Positions 1-9,388 of a stretch of DNA of 32,054 nt are shown piece after piece. A program made the translations under genes and the position numbers. The notes below the pieces were generated by a model. That model made no database searches. It was not told where the DNA came from and saw only the letters and a list, made by a program, of their open reading frames with translations. How positions within the stretch are numbered: position 1 is the stretch's first letter; the number at the start of each line of letters is the position of its first letter. The DNA lies in assembly GCA_947489925.1 (NCBI GenBank), contig CANLFK010000003.1, positions 1 through 32,054 on the forward strand. The letters are read 5' to 3'. The DNA comes from Candidatus Caenarcanales bacterium (GTDB lineage: Bacteria; Cyanobacteriota; Vampirovibrionia; Caenarcaniphilales; Caenarcanaceae).

Positions 1-126
1 TTCTTGCAAGGCAATTAGCTCAGCTCCGTCTTGGCTAGCTTTTTCAATCATCGAAATGGTTTTATCAATATTTTCCATTCGATTGCCAGTGCAACTTTGC
101 TGAATGAGAGCGACTTTTAATTTCAT
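1..126 (-). CDS. Carbon-nitrogen hydrolase (nitrilase superfamily, N-carbamoylputrescine amidase-like), 5' part only; runs off the window edge
   Basis: Manual translation from ATG at 126: MKLKVALIQQSCTGNRMENIDKTISMIEKASQDGAELIALQE. This matches the CN-hydrolase N-terminus (VALIQ...GAELIxLQE with the catalytic Glu). Not in the ORF track. Confidence 0.85.
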   Translation of the reverse strand, partial: MKLKVALIQQSCTGNRMENIDKTISMIEKASQDGAELIALQE

Positions 127-154
127 AGATTTTAATTGTAGGTAAGTGAATTAG

Positions 155-451
155 TTAAACTCCATACTCAAAACTTATTTGTAACTTTGCATTAGAAGCG
201 ATAGCCAAGCGATTTAATAATGATAAAGAAGGAATACGATTTAAGTCTTTTCCAGACTCTAAGCGAGCAATAACAGCTTGAGTAGTATGTGCTTTTTTTG
301 CAAGCTCTTCTTGAGTCAATCCAGCCCTTTTTCTCATTTCATAAACTTGTCGAGAAATTTGATTGAGCCTTTGTTCTGCTTCGTATAGCAAAGTGAATTC
401 AGGGTCTTTTTTTTGTTCTTCAATAATCTCATTCAAAGTAATTGGCTTCAT
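155..451 (-). CDS. XRE/Cro-type HTH antitoxin (HigA-like)
   Basis: HTH motif RKRAGLTQEELAKKAHTTQAVIARLESG; lies downstream of and overlaps a RelE-like toxin. ATG at 451 preferred over TTG at 460. Confidence 0.85.
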   Translation of the reverse strand: MKPITLNEIIEEQKKDPEFTLLYEAEQRLNQISRQVYEMRKRAGLTQEELAKKAHTTQAVIARLESGKDLNRIPSLSLLNRLAIASNAKLQISFEYGV

Positions 452-782
452 TTGTTTCAATCTCCTTTTGTCTATTAATTGCTATTTCAATTTCCTTCAT
501 GGGAGCTTTTTGTGATTGTTTTTTATAAGCGTGCAATATAACTAATTTACTTTTCCTAAGTGTTATATAGAAAAATCGATAGCCAGCCGCTTGAGTCCTG
601 ATTTTTATTTCCCAAAGCTTTCCTTCAATCTGCCTGAATTCTACTCGGGGAGTATTAAAACCAAGCTCTTCAATACTTTTCAGACATCCTAAAACTTTAG
701 CCCTATCAGAAACAGTCATTTCATCAATAAAACTTTTGATCGGACTTTTACCATTTGAGAAAGTATAAAAAAGTATTTCCAT
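429..782 (-). CDS. RelE/ParE-superfamily toxin (HigB/Gp49-like)
   Basis: Motifs SPIKSFI, GKLWEIKIR, YRFFY and LVILHAYKKQSQKAP are typical of Gp49/DUF891-type RelE toxins; toxin-antitoxin gene order. Confidence 0.88.
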   Translation of the reverse strand: MEILFYTFSNGKSPIKSFIDEMTVSDRAKVLGCLKSIEELGFNTPRVEFRQIEGKLWEIKIRTQAAGYRFFYITLRKSKLVILHAYKKQSQKAPMKEIEIAINRQKEIETNEANYFE

Positions 783-787
783 TAATA

Positions 788-808
788 ATTATACCCATTT
801 GGATATAA
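788..808 (-). promoter_or_regulatory. Putative -10 box and overlapping palindromic operator of the TA operon
   Basis: Minus-strand TATAAT at 793-788, 5 nt before the toxin ATG. Imperfect palindrome TTATACCCAT|TTGGATATAA at 789-808 (8/10 symmetric). Confidence 0.55.
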
Positions 809-901
809 GACAATATTAAAAAGTTTAACCTTAAAAACAAAAAAGCTCAAGGGCAAAGTATCAACGGGAGTATCCGAAGTGTTAAAGTGGCTCTGGATAA
901 A

Positions 902-2539
902 TTAATGCACAGGTTTCATGGTCGGGAATAAAATGACATCTCTGATTGATTCAGCATTTACCAATAACATAATTAAACGGTCAATTCCAATTCCAACTCC
1001 GCCAGCAGGTGGCATACCATATTCCAAAGCTTCCACAAAATCTTGATCTAAAGGATGAGCTTCTTCATTACCAGCTTGTCTTTGCTTTTGCTGCATTTCA
1101 AAAACTTGCTTTTGTATTTGTCCATCATTCAATTCAGTAAAGCCATTTGCCAATTCTCGCCCACAAACAAATAATTCAAATCGTTCTAAAGTTTGAGGAT
1201 TATTATTGATTTTGTTTTCATTAGCCTTGACTGAATGAGCAGAGCAAAAAGCCAAAGGAGAATTGTCCCTTGGATAATGAGTTACAAAGGTTGGCTGAAT
1301 TAATTTGGCTTCACATTTTTGCTCAAAAAACTCAATTAATATTTCCCCGACCGTCATTTCAGCTTTAATTTCAACTTTGGCTTCTTTGGCAAAATTAACG
1401 GTTTCGCTTAAAGTTGTTTTTTCGGGATCAATTAATTTACCAGTCATTTCATGCACCAAATCAGTCATTTTGACTTTTCGCCAACCGCCAGCAGGTTTTA
1501 AATTAATTTCATGATTTTTATAATGAATAACCGTATTTTCTAAAACTTTTTCGGCTAAATCAATAATTAAATTTTCCGTCAAGCTCATCATATCAGTATA
1601 ATCAGCAAAAGCTTGGTAAATTTCAATTGAAGTAAATTCTGGATTATGCCTTGTTGAAATTCCTTCATTACGGAAAATGCGTCCAATTTCATAAACTCGC
1701 TCAAATCCTCCAACCAATAAACGCTTTAAGTGTAATTCAGTGGCAATACGCAAATAAAGCCCCAAGTTTAAAGCATTATGATGAGTAGTAAAAGGTTTAG
1801 CCGCCGCTCCTCCCGCTTCAGTTTGCAAGACTGGCGTTTCAAATTCCAAAAAGTTTTTTTCATTTAAATAATGTCTAATTTCTGCAATAATTTTGGCTCT
1901 CTTTTTAAAAACCTCACGGCTGTCTGGATTGACCATTAAGTCTAAATATCTTTGTCTGTATTTAGTTTCTACATCGGTTAAGCCAAGTCTTCTTCTTTTG
2001 TTTTCAATAATTTCGGGTGGCGGCTGAATTGCCTTGGAAAGTAACCAGATTGTCTTGCTTTTTAAGCTTAATTCTCCTCTAGGAGTACGATATGGATTTC
2101 CTTGAACGGCAATAATGTCGCCTTTGTCAATTAATTCGAGTAAATGCTTTTCAGATTGCTGATATGAAGCTGGATTTTCTAATTCTGATTTTTCAGTAAC
2201 AATTTGAATTTTGCCATTTTCATCATAAATATCCAAAAACATACCATTATTTCGGTCACTATGAATTCGCCCAGCCACCCAAATTAAATTTTCATTTTTT
2301 TCACCAGCAGGTAAATTTTCAAATTTTTCTTTAAATTCTTGACTTAATAAACGATTTGCTTTAAATTCAGTCCACAAATGTTCTGATTGAGAGCGAGAAT
2401 TATTTTCTTCAGTTGCCTTAAAACCTTCTTCCAAATGCAAAAGATAAGGATTAATTTGAAAATTTTCGAGTAAAAACTCTTTTTTGTGTAATCGTTCTTC
2501 TCTTAATTTATATGAATCAGTTCTTTCATCTTGGCTCAT
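902..2539 (-). CDS. lysS: Lysine--tRNA ligase (class II)
   Basis: YRQRYLDL, GGAAAKPFTTHHNAL, YLRIATELHLKRLLVGG, FRNEGISTRHNPEFT and motif 3 GMPPAGGVGIGIDRL. Confidence 0.98.
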   Translation of the reverse strand: MSQDERTDSYKLREERLHKKEFLLENFQINPYLLHLEEGFKATEENNSRSQSEHLWTEFKANRLLSQEFKEKFENLPAGEKNENLIWVAGRIHSDRNNGMFLDIYDENGKIQIVTEKSELENPASYQQSEKHLLELIDKGDIIAVQGNPYRTPRGELSLKSKTIWLLSKAIQPPPEIIENKRRRLGLTDVETKYRQRYLDLMVNPDSREVFKKRAKIIAEIRHYLNEKNFLEFETPVLQTEAGGAAAKPFTTHHNALNLGLYLRIATELHLKRLLVGGFERVYEIGRIFRNEGISTRHNPEFTSIEIYQAFADYTDMMSLTENLIIDLAEKVLENTVIHYKNHEINLKPAGGWRKVKMTDLVHEMTGKLIDPEKTTLSETVNFAKEAKVEIKAEMTVGEILIEFFEQKCEAKLIQPTFVTHYPRDNSPLAFCSAHSVKANENKINNNPQTLERFELFVCGRELANGFTELNDGQIQKQVFEMQQKQRQAGNEEAHPLDQDFVEALEYGMPPAGGVGIGIDRLIMLLVNAESIRDVILFPTMKPVH

Positions 2540-2690
2540 TTTTATTGTTTTTATTATTTACAAAGTCTAATTTATTTTATAGGACTTAGGCAAAATGAGT
2601 TAAAATAATTAAAAAATAATACAGTTTTATAATCCTTTTAATGTCTTGAAGCTTAAAAGAAGACAATATTTATTCGCTTAAATTTAATTT

Positions 2691-5600
2691 ATGTTAATTA
2701 CTGAAATTGCAATTAAAAGACCAGTCTTTGCCATTATGATTATGGTGGCTTTTGTGGTAATAGGAGCTATTTCTTATTTGGGCTTAGGAATTGAAGAAAC
2801 ACCAAATGTCGAATTTCCAATTGCGGTTGTTAATGTTACTTATCCGGGAGCTAGTCCTGAAGTAATTGAAGAAGAAGTTGTTAAAAAAATTGAAGAGGCT
2901 GTTAATCCGCTAGAAGGTGTTAAACGAATAAAATCAACTTCATATGAAGGTTTAAGTAATATTGTCATTGAATTTCAGCTCGAAAGAAATAAAGATTCAG
3001 CTATGCAAGATGTTAGAGACGCTGTTTCTCGGCTGAGAAGAATTTTGCCTGAAAATATTGAAGAACCCGTTGTCCGAAGTTATGATCCAACCGCTTTACC
3101 GATAATTTCCTTGGCTTTAACTTCTGAAACTAAAAATGTAAGTCAATTGTCTAATATGGCAAAAGAAACCTTAAAAAAAAGACTTGAAAGTTCATATGGA
3201 GTTGGTCAAGTTTCAATTATTGGAGAAGTAAATCGTCAAATTAAAATTGAATTGAATCCAGCTTTGATGAATGAAAAGAAAATTGGTATTGAAAAAGTCA
3301 TTCAAGCTGTTAGACAGTCAAATCAAGAAATACCAGTTGGCGAAATTGAAAAAGATAATATTTCTCAGCAAGTTAGAGTAAAAGGCAAAATCCTTGATCC
3401 AGCCGACTTTTCCAACATTATAATTGCAACTCGTGGTCAAATACCAATTAAATTATCTGATATTGCAACCATTAAAGATGATATCGAAGAGCCAAAATCC
3501 GCTGCCTTGCTGGATACTAAAAGAATTATTGCTTTTGATATTACAAAAATCCGTGGTGCAAACACAGTTAAAACCTCAGAAGGAATTTTAAAAAAAGTTG
3601 AAGAAATCAATAAAACTTTACCAAAAAACACCTCTCTCAAAGTCATTCGGGACAATTCAATTAGCATTAAAGATTCGGTGCATGAACTTACTTCTTCAAT
3701 GTTTATTGGAATTTTATTAACCATTTTAATTGTTTATGTTTTCCTAAACAGTTGGCGTAGTACCGTAATTACGGGTTTAACTTTACCAATTTCTTTAATA
3801 GCCTCTTTTGCGGTTATGGGTGCATTTGGCTTTACGCTTAATATTATGACTTTAATTGCTTTAAGCTTGTCAGTGGGCTTGGTAATTGATGATGCTATTG
3901 TTGTGCGGGAAAATATTGTCAGGCATGTTGATATGGGTAAAAATCATTTTCAGGCGGCTTTGGACGGCACAAAAGAAATTGGTTTGGCTGTTATGGCTAC
4001 TACTTTTACAATTGTAGCTGTTTTTATACCAATTGGCTTTATGGGAGGAATGACTGGTAAATTTTTCACCGAGTTTGGTATTACGGTCGCTTCAGCGGTT
4101 TTAGTTTCACTTTTTGTTTCTTTTACGCTTGATCCTATGTTATCGAGTATTTGGCCAGATCCACGGGGACATAATAGTTTTATTGGTAAATCTTTAGAGT
4201 CATTCAATCAGAGTTTTGACAATTTAGCAAAAGCTTATCGCAATTCGGTTTATTGGGTTTTAGAGCATCCTTTTATTACAAGTTTTATTACGCTTTTACT
4301 TTTTATTGGTAGTTGTGCTTTAGTGCCTCATCTGGGCGGTTCTTTTTTGCCAGAGCAAGATAAAGCTCAAATCCGTGTTTCGCTGAAAGCTTCCGTTAAT
4401 ATGACTTTAGATTATACAGAGCGGAAAGCCAAAGAAGCCATGAAAATTATCAAAAAGAAATATTCTAGTGAAGTTGAATTTATTTATGCTTCGGTTGGTG
4501 GAGGCTTTAGCGGTGAAGTTTCAGAGGGCAAATTATTTGTCAAACTTGTTCCTAAGCAAAAAAGAAATCGAAATCAAGCCGCTATTATGAAAGCTTTGCG
4601 TAGTGATTTAGCTCAATTGGGCGGCATTAAAGCTTTTGTTACTTCCGAAGGAAAAGGTGGCCCTGGCGGTAGTCCAATTCAAATTAGTGTTCAGGGAGCA
4701 GATAATAAATTAATTGAAAAATTATCCAAAGAAATAATGACTTTAGTCAAAGAAAGCTCTGGAGCAGTGGATATTGATACTTCATTAGAAAAAAGTAGAT
4801 TAAATTTAAATATTGATATTAATCGTCAGAAAGCGGCTGATTTGGGTTTGAATTTATCAGATATTTCTTCGGCTTTAAATTATATTTTTACAGGTGATAA
4901 GTCAAATACTTGGCAAGCCCCGAATGGTGAAGAATATGATGTTTTAATTAGATTGCCAAAAACCTTAAGAAATAGCGAAGAAATTCTAAGAAATATTCGT
5001 TTGACTTCTAGCACTGAGTCATTAATTCCTCTTAGTCAAGTGGCAAGTTTAAGTAGTGATTCAGGACCAAGTAAAATTAAACATCAAAGTCTTTTGCGTG
5101 AAATCACAATTACGGGTGATGTTGAGGGTAAATCACCAGGCGAAGTATTAAAAGTAATTAAAACTAAACTCAAACCCATTGAAGAAGGCTTGCCAGTTGG
5201 TTATAAAATTGTTTTTGGTGGAGAAGCAGAAGACCTTCAGGAAGCGGTTTTTTATGGCGTTCAAGCTTTAGTTTTGGTAGTAATTTTTATTTATTTAATT
5301 ATGGCTTCTCAGTTTAATTCATTTATTCAGCCTTTTGCGATTATGTTTACTTTGCCTTTGGCTTTGATTGGGGTTTTTATCACTTTGTTTTTAACTAAAG
5401 ACACTCTCAATTTAATGTCTATGATTGGAGTAATAACTTTGATGGGTTTAGTTACTAAAAACGGAATTTTATTAATTGACTTTGCTAATCAAAAGCGGAA
5501 AGAAGATAATATTTCACTCAAAGAAGCTTTGGCAATTGCGGGGGAAACTCGTTTAAGACCAATTATTATGACTTCTTTGGCGGCGGCTTTGGGTATTTTG

Positions 5601-5777
5601 CCTTTGGCTTTGGGCTTAGGAGCTGGCTCGGAATTAAGATCGCCTATGGCTAGAGCAATTATTGGCGGAATTATCACATCTACAATTTTAACTTTATTTG
5701 TAATTCCAGTTGTGTATAGCTTTTTGGAATATATTTGGGACTTTATTCGTAATTTTGGAAAGAAAAAGAATTTATGA
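2691..5777 (+). CDS. RND efflux permease (AcrB/AcrD/AcrF family)
   Basis: 1028 aa. N-terminal AIKRPVFA, YPGASPE, TM4 VIDDAIVVRENI, TM10 GLVTKNGILLIDF and RLRPIIMTS; proton-relay residues present. Confidence 0.96.
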   Translation: MLITEIAIKRPVFAIMIMVAFVVIGAISYLGLGIEETPNVEFPIAVVNVTYPGASPEVIEEEVVKKIEEAVNPLEGVKRIKSTSYEGLSNIVIEFQLERNKDSAMQDVRDAVSRLRRILPENIEEPVVRSYDPTALPIISLALTSETKNVSQLSNMAKETLKKRLESSYGVGQVSIIGEVNRQIKIELNPALMNEKKIGIEKVIQAVRQSNQEIPVGEIEKDNISQQVRVKGKILDPADFSNIIIATRGQIPIKLSDIATIKDDIEEPKSAALLDTKRIIAFDITKIRGANTVKTSEGILKKVEEINKTLPKNTSLKVIRDNSISIKDSVHELTSSMFIGILLTILIVYVFLNSWRSTVITGLTLPISLIASFAVMGAFGFTLNIMTLIALSLSVGLVIDDAIVVRENIVRHVDMGKNHFQAALDGTKEIGLAVMATTFTIVAVFIPIGFMGGMTGKFFTEFGITVASAVLVSLFVSFTLDPMLSSIWPDPRGHNSFIGKSLESFNQSFDNLAKAYRNSVYWVLEHPFITSFITLLLFIGSCALVPHLGGSFLPEQDKAQIRVSLKASVNMTLDYTERKAKEAMKIIKKKYSSEVEFIYASVGGGFSGEVSEGKLFVKLVPKQKRNRNQAAIMKALRSDLAQLGGIKAFVTSEGKGGPGGSPIQISVQGADNKLIEKLSKEIMTLVKESSGAVDIDTSLEKSRLNLNIDINRQKAADLGLNLSDISSALNYIFTGDKSNTWQAPNGEEYDVLIRLPKTLRNSEEILRNIRLTSSTESLIPLSQVASLSSDSGPSKIKHQSLLREITITGDVEGKSPGEVLKVIKTKLKPIEEGLPVGYKIVFGGEAEDLQEAVFYGVQALVLVVIFIYLIMASQFNSFIQPFAIMFTLPLALIGVFITLFLTKDTLNLMSMIGVITLMGLVTKNGILLIDFANQKRKEDNISLKEALAIAGETRLRPIIMTSLAAALGILPLALGLGAGSELRSPMARAIIGGIITSTILTLFVIPVVYSFLEYIWDFIRNFGKKKNL

Positions 5778-6286
5778 ATTTTAAATATCGTATTTTGGGC
5801 ATAGACCCCGGTTTGGCTTTAATTGGTTATTCATTATTAGGTTTAAACAATAAAATAGACAAACCAGAATTAATTGAATGCGGAGTTATTAGTACTAAAG
5901 CGGGTTTACCAATATCAAAAAGATTAAATACTATTAGACAAGACTTATTAGAATTATTAAACCGTTTTCAACCGACTGCCGCTGTCATTGAATTAATTTA
6001 CTTTACTAAAAATGTCAAAACTGGAATTGCCGTTGCTCATGCCAGAGGAGTTATTCTGGAAGCTATAAATTCATTTGGATTAGAAGATATTCATGAATTT
6101 ACACCAACTCATTTAAAACAAGTTTTATTCGGTCACGGAAAAGCCAATAAAGCCCAAATTCAATTAGTTGTTTCGCAGTCATTAGGCTTGCCAGATATTA
6201 TAAAACCAGATGATGCCGCTGATGCAACTGCTTTGGCTTTGGCTTATTGTCGTGGGAGTTTTCGCTTTACTTCAGAGACTTTATGA
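5774..6286 (+). CDS. ruvC: Holliday junction resolvase RuvC
   Basis: RILGIDPG, catalytic E in VIE, GHGKANKAQI and PDDAADA. ATGA overlap with the RND gene. Confidence 0.96.
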   Translation: MNFKYRILGIDPGLALIGYSLLGLNNKIDKPELIECGVISTKAGLPISKRLNTIRQDLLELLNRFQPTAAVIELIYFTKNVKTGIAVAHARGVILEAINSFGLEDIHEFTPTHLKQVLFGHGKANKAQIQLVVSQSLGLPDIIKPDDAADATALALAYCRGSFRFTSETL

Positions 6287-6287
6287 A

Positions 6288-6466
6288 ATCTTATCATTTT
6301 TGAATCGCAGATTAACACAGATAACACTGATTTCACAGATATTTTATTTACAGTTTTTTAGCCAAAATAAAGCTTTCTCAAAGCCAAAAGACAAATCCTA
6401 AAATCTTGGGTATCCTGATTCAGACAATCTGCGTCCATCTGTGATTCAGAAATTTTAGTGCAAGAT
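6288..6466. repeat. MITE/REP-like intergenic element with imperfect inverted repeats and 9-10 bp subrepeats
   Basis: TGAATCGCAGATTAACACAGAT (6301-6322) is inverted with ATCTGCGTCCATCTGTGATTCA (6427-6448), 18/22 matches. Outer ATCTT (6288-6292) pairs with AAGAT (6462-6466). Reiterated CA(C/G)AGAT-like units inside. Confidence 0.65.
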
Positions 6467-6468
6467 AG

Positions 6469-6777
6469 TTAATGCTGAAATGTCTTTATTAAATACTGAA
6501 TTAAATACTTAAACAAATTGAAAATTAATAAAACAGTCCCCATAATATTTAAAATATGTATAAAAGATGAAACTGCTGCAAATTTCTTTTTACCAATTAC
6601 TTTTATTAAATAGCTCTTTAGAAGAGGCGGGACTATGAAATTGAAAAAATAAAGAATAGGCGGAAGGAAAATAAAAAAAAGAATAATAAGCAAAGGATCA
6701 GAAGATGTTTTCAGCCAAAAAAGAATAAGACCTGCATAAATCAAGCTTAAGAGCGTTATTGCTAAAACTTTTCCCAT
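6469..6777 (-). CDS. Small hypothetical membrane protein (about 3 TM helices)
   Basis: 102-aa hydrophobic ORF starting 3 nt after the purL stop, same strand. Confidence 0.65.
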   Translation of the reverse strand: MGKVLAITLLSLIYAGLILFWLKTSSDPLLIILFFIFLPPILYFFNFIVPPLLKSYLIKVIGKKKFAAVSSFIHILNIMGTVLLIFNLFKYLIQYLIKTFQH

Positions 6778-6780
6778 AAT

Positions 6781-8985
6781 TCACAAATGTCTGTCATTGG
6801 CTTCTTTCATTGTGTCAGCGGATAAATTAACTATTTCTTGATCATTATTTAACTTAACAATTAATTGCGAATTATTTATAACTTTGCCAATTTTCTCAAT
6901 TTTAAGCCTCTCAGATGATTCAAACTCAATGAATTCAGCGGCTGTAATTAAAGCCCTACTTTGTGATTCCCCAATTAAACAAGAATCTAATCTTAAGCTA
7001 AGGTCTTTATTTAAATTAATTTCCGCTCCCAAAGACTTATTAGATGAAGCCATAACTGATTCCATTAAAGTTAATAAAAGCCCATTCTCGCTTAAATCGT
7101 GAGCTGAATGAATATAATGTTTTTTTATTTGTTCGATTAAAAATTCATATAAAGCTTTTTCTTTATTCCAGTCTAGCTTTGGGCAGTCGGTTTCATTAAA
7201 GGTTTCACCAATTAGCCAAATATTATCGCCAGCATTTCTAAAACTTATTGGCGGTGAATTTTTATAATCTTCGACTACTCCGACCATTCCAATAACGGGT
7301 GTTGGCAAAATCTGCTGTCCATCGGCAAATTCATTATACAAACTAACATTTCCGCCCGTTACAGCTAATTCTAATTGTTTGCAACCTTCCGCAATGCCCT
7401 TAACACTTTCTTGCAAAAACCAAAATGACTCGGGCTTTTCAGGATTTCCAAAGTTTAAATTATTAGTTATGGCTAAAGCTTCTGCTCCAATACAAGCTAT
7501 ATTTCTGGCGGCTTCAGCTACGGCAATTTGTGCACCTAAAAAAGGATTTGATTTAACATAATTTGGATTTCCATCAACACTAATAGCCAAGCCTCGTTTT
7601 GAATATTTGCCATCTGGTTTTTTTAAACGCAATAAAGCTCCGCTTCCCATACCCGGTTTTAAAATAGTATTTAATTGTACTTCTTGGTCAAATTGTTTAT
7701 AAATCCAAGCCCTTGAACAACTATTATCAGAACTTAATATATTTAAAGCTAATTTTTCAATAATTTCTTTTTTCGGCTCTAAGTCTGGTTTTCCAAGTAT
7801 ATTAACTGTGTTTTTAGGTGCAATTGCTTCCCGCAAATAAATTGGTGCTTGATCAGTTAAAGCCTTAGGCGGAACTTCAACTACTTTTTCTCCCCGATGA
7901 TAAATAGTAACTAATTTAGTATCAGTAACTTTTCCAATCACGACAGCGGGTAAATTATACTTTTCAAAAATCTTGATTAATTCAGCTTCTTTTCCAGCCT
8001 GAGCCACCAAAAGCATTCTCTCTTGCGATTCAGAAAGCAAATATTCATGCGTCTCTAATTTGCCTCGAGTTGGTACTAAATCCAAATTAACTTCAAAACC
8101 AACTTCGCCTTTGGCACTCATTTCGGTAAAGGCACAAGTTAAGCCCGCCGCCCCCATATCCTGTGAAGCCAAAACAAAACCACTTTTAAAAGCTTCCAGA
8201 CAACTTTCAATTAATAATTTACCTAAAAAAGGATCGCCAATTTGTACGGCTGGTCTGTCTTTATTGCTTTTTTCTGTTAATCCGCTACTAGCAAATGCCG
8301 CACCACCCAAGCCATCTTTGCCAGTTTCCGACCCAACATAAATAATCGGATTACCAATACCAATTGCTCCAGACGGAATCGGATTCTCAGTTTCAAGCAA
8401 ACCAATGCACATGGCGTTTACCAATGGGTTTTCTTTATAAGTTTCATCAAAATATAATTGCCCACCAATTGTCGGAATGCCCGTACAGTTACCATAATGA
8501 CCAATTCCAGCAATTGCATTTGTCAATAAATAATAAGACTTTTCATCAGTCGGTGAACCAAAAAACAAGCTATTCAAAAAAGCAATTGGTCTTGCTCCTA
8601 AAGTCAGAATATCACGCAAAATCCCGCCCACACCAGTTGTTGCTCCCTGAAAAGGCTCAATGGCAGTTGGTCTATTGTGAGATTCAATTTTAAAGGCAAT
8701 TTTAATTCCTTCGCCAATATCAATAATTCCAGCATTTTCACCAGGCCCAGCTAATATTTTGACTTTATTACTTGTGGTTGGGAAAAGCTTTAGAAGAGGC
8801 TTTGAATTTTTGTAAGCACAATGTTCTGACCACATAGCCCCAAACATATAAATTTCATTTTCATTGGGTTCACGCTCCAACAGCTTGACAATCAGCTCAT
8901 ATTCATATAGTGATATTTTAGCTTTACTTAATATATTTCTAAGTTTGAGCTTTTCAGATTTGTCTAGCGTAGAGCTTCTATCCAT
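6781..8985 (-). CDS. purL: Phosphoribosylformylglycinamidine synthase subunit PurL (small-type)
   Basis: MWSEHCAYK, GPGENAG, FKIESHNRP, GATTGVGGILRD, QDMGAAGL, LSESQERM and NFGNPEKPE. Confidence 0.98.
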   Translation of the reverse strand: MDRSSTLDKSEKLKLRNILSKAKISLYEYELIVKLLEREPNENEIYMFGAMWSEHCAYKNSKPLLKLFPTTSNKVKILAGPGENAGIIDIGEGIKIAFKIESHNRPTAIEPFQGATTGVGGILRDILTLGARPIAFLNSLFFGSPTDEKSYYLLTNAIAGIGHYGNCTGIPTIGGQLYFDETYKENPLVNAMCIGLLETENPIPSGAIGIGNPIIYVGSETGKDGLGGAAFASSGLTEKSNKDRPAVQIGDPFLGKLLIESCLEAFKSGFVLASQDMGAAGLTCAFTEMSAKGEVGFEVNLDLVPTRGKLETHEYLLSESQERMLLVAQAGKEAELIKIFEKYNLPAVVIGKVTDTKLVTIYHRGEKVVEVPPKALTDQAPIYLREAIAPKNTVNILGKPDLEPKKEIIEKLALNILSSDNSCSRAWIYKQFDQEVQLNTILKPGMGSGALLRLKKPDGKYSKRGLAISVDGNPNYVKSNPFLGAQIAVAEAARNIACIGAEALAITNNLNFGNPEKPESFWFLQESVKGIAEGCKQLELAVTGGNVSLYNEFADGQQILPTPVIGMVGVVEDYKNSPPISFRNAGDNIWLIGETFNETDCPKLDWNKEKALYEFLIEQIKKHYIHSAHDLSENGLLLTLMESVMASSNKSLGAEINLNKDLSLRLDSCLIGESQSRALITAAEFIEFESSERLKIEKIGKVINNSQLIVKLNNDQEIVNLSADTMKEANDRHL

Positions 8986-9358
8986 TGTTTAATTCAAGTA
9001 AATCAACATTAAAAGTTTTAATTTTTTCATAAAATTCTGGAGTGTGTCCCCAAGGCTTTTTAGTGTTCCAGAGCCAAATATGTGTCATTTCATGAAAAAT
9101 AACTTCGCTAACTTTTTGAATATTTTCTTTGGCTAATAAATGTTTAGAAAGCCTTATAACTGGCTGAAATTGTTTGTCCTGAAAAACGGTAAAATCGGCA
9201 AAACGATGATAATTTTTACCAGTTCCAATTCGGTCAGACCATTTCACACGGCTAAGTGGCACTTCATTATTAAAATGAGTGGAATTTACACGGTCGAAAA
9301 TATTATATAAAACTGATTCAGCTAAAAGATTTTGTTCAGCATTTGTTATGGCAGACAC
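8978..9358 (-). CDS. SprT-like zinc metalloprotein
   Basis: Zincin motif HEMTH followed by GHTPEF; N-terminal 'FDRVNSTHFNN' pattern typical of SprT-like domains. Confidence 0.8.
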   Translation of the reverse strand: MSAITNAEQNLLAESVLYNIFDRVNSTHFNNEVPLSRVKWSDRIGTGKNYHRFADFTVFQDKQFQPVIRLSKHLLAKENIQKVSEVIFHEMTHIWLWNTKKPWGHTPEFYEKIKTFNVDLLELNNG

Positions 9359-9388
9359 TTATTATTTGCTCCTAAAACTTAATTGTTA

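Noticed and set aside
849-900. GC-richer stretch after the lysS stop as a terminator or ncRNA
   Set aside because: Only a weak TATCC/GGATA pairing with a large loop; not supportable.
6210-6401. 63-aa ORF overlapping the ruvC end
   Set aside because: Out-of-frame overlap running into the repeat element, with no protein motif.
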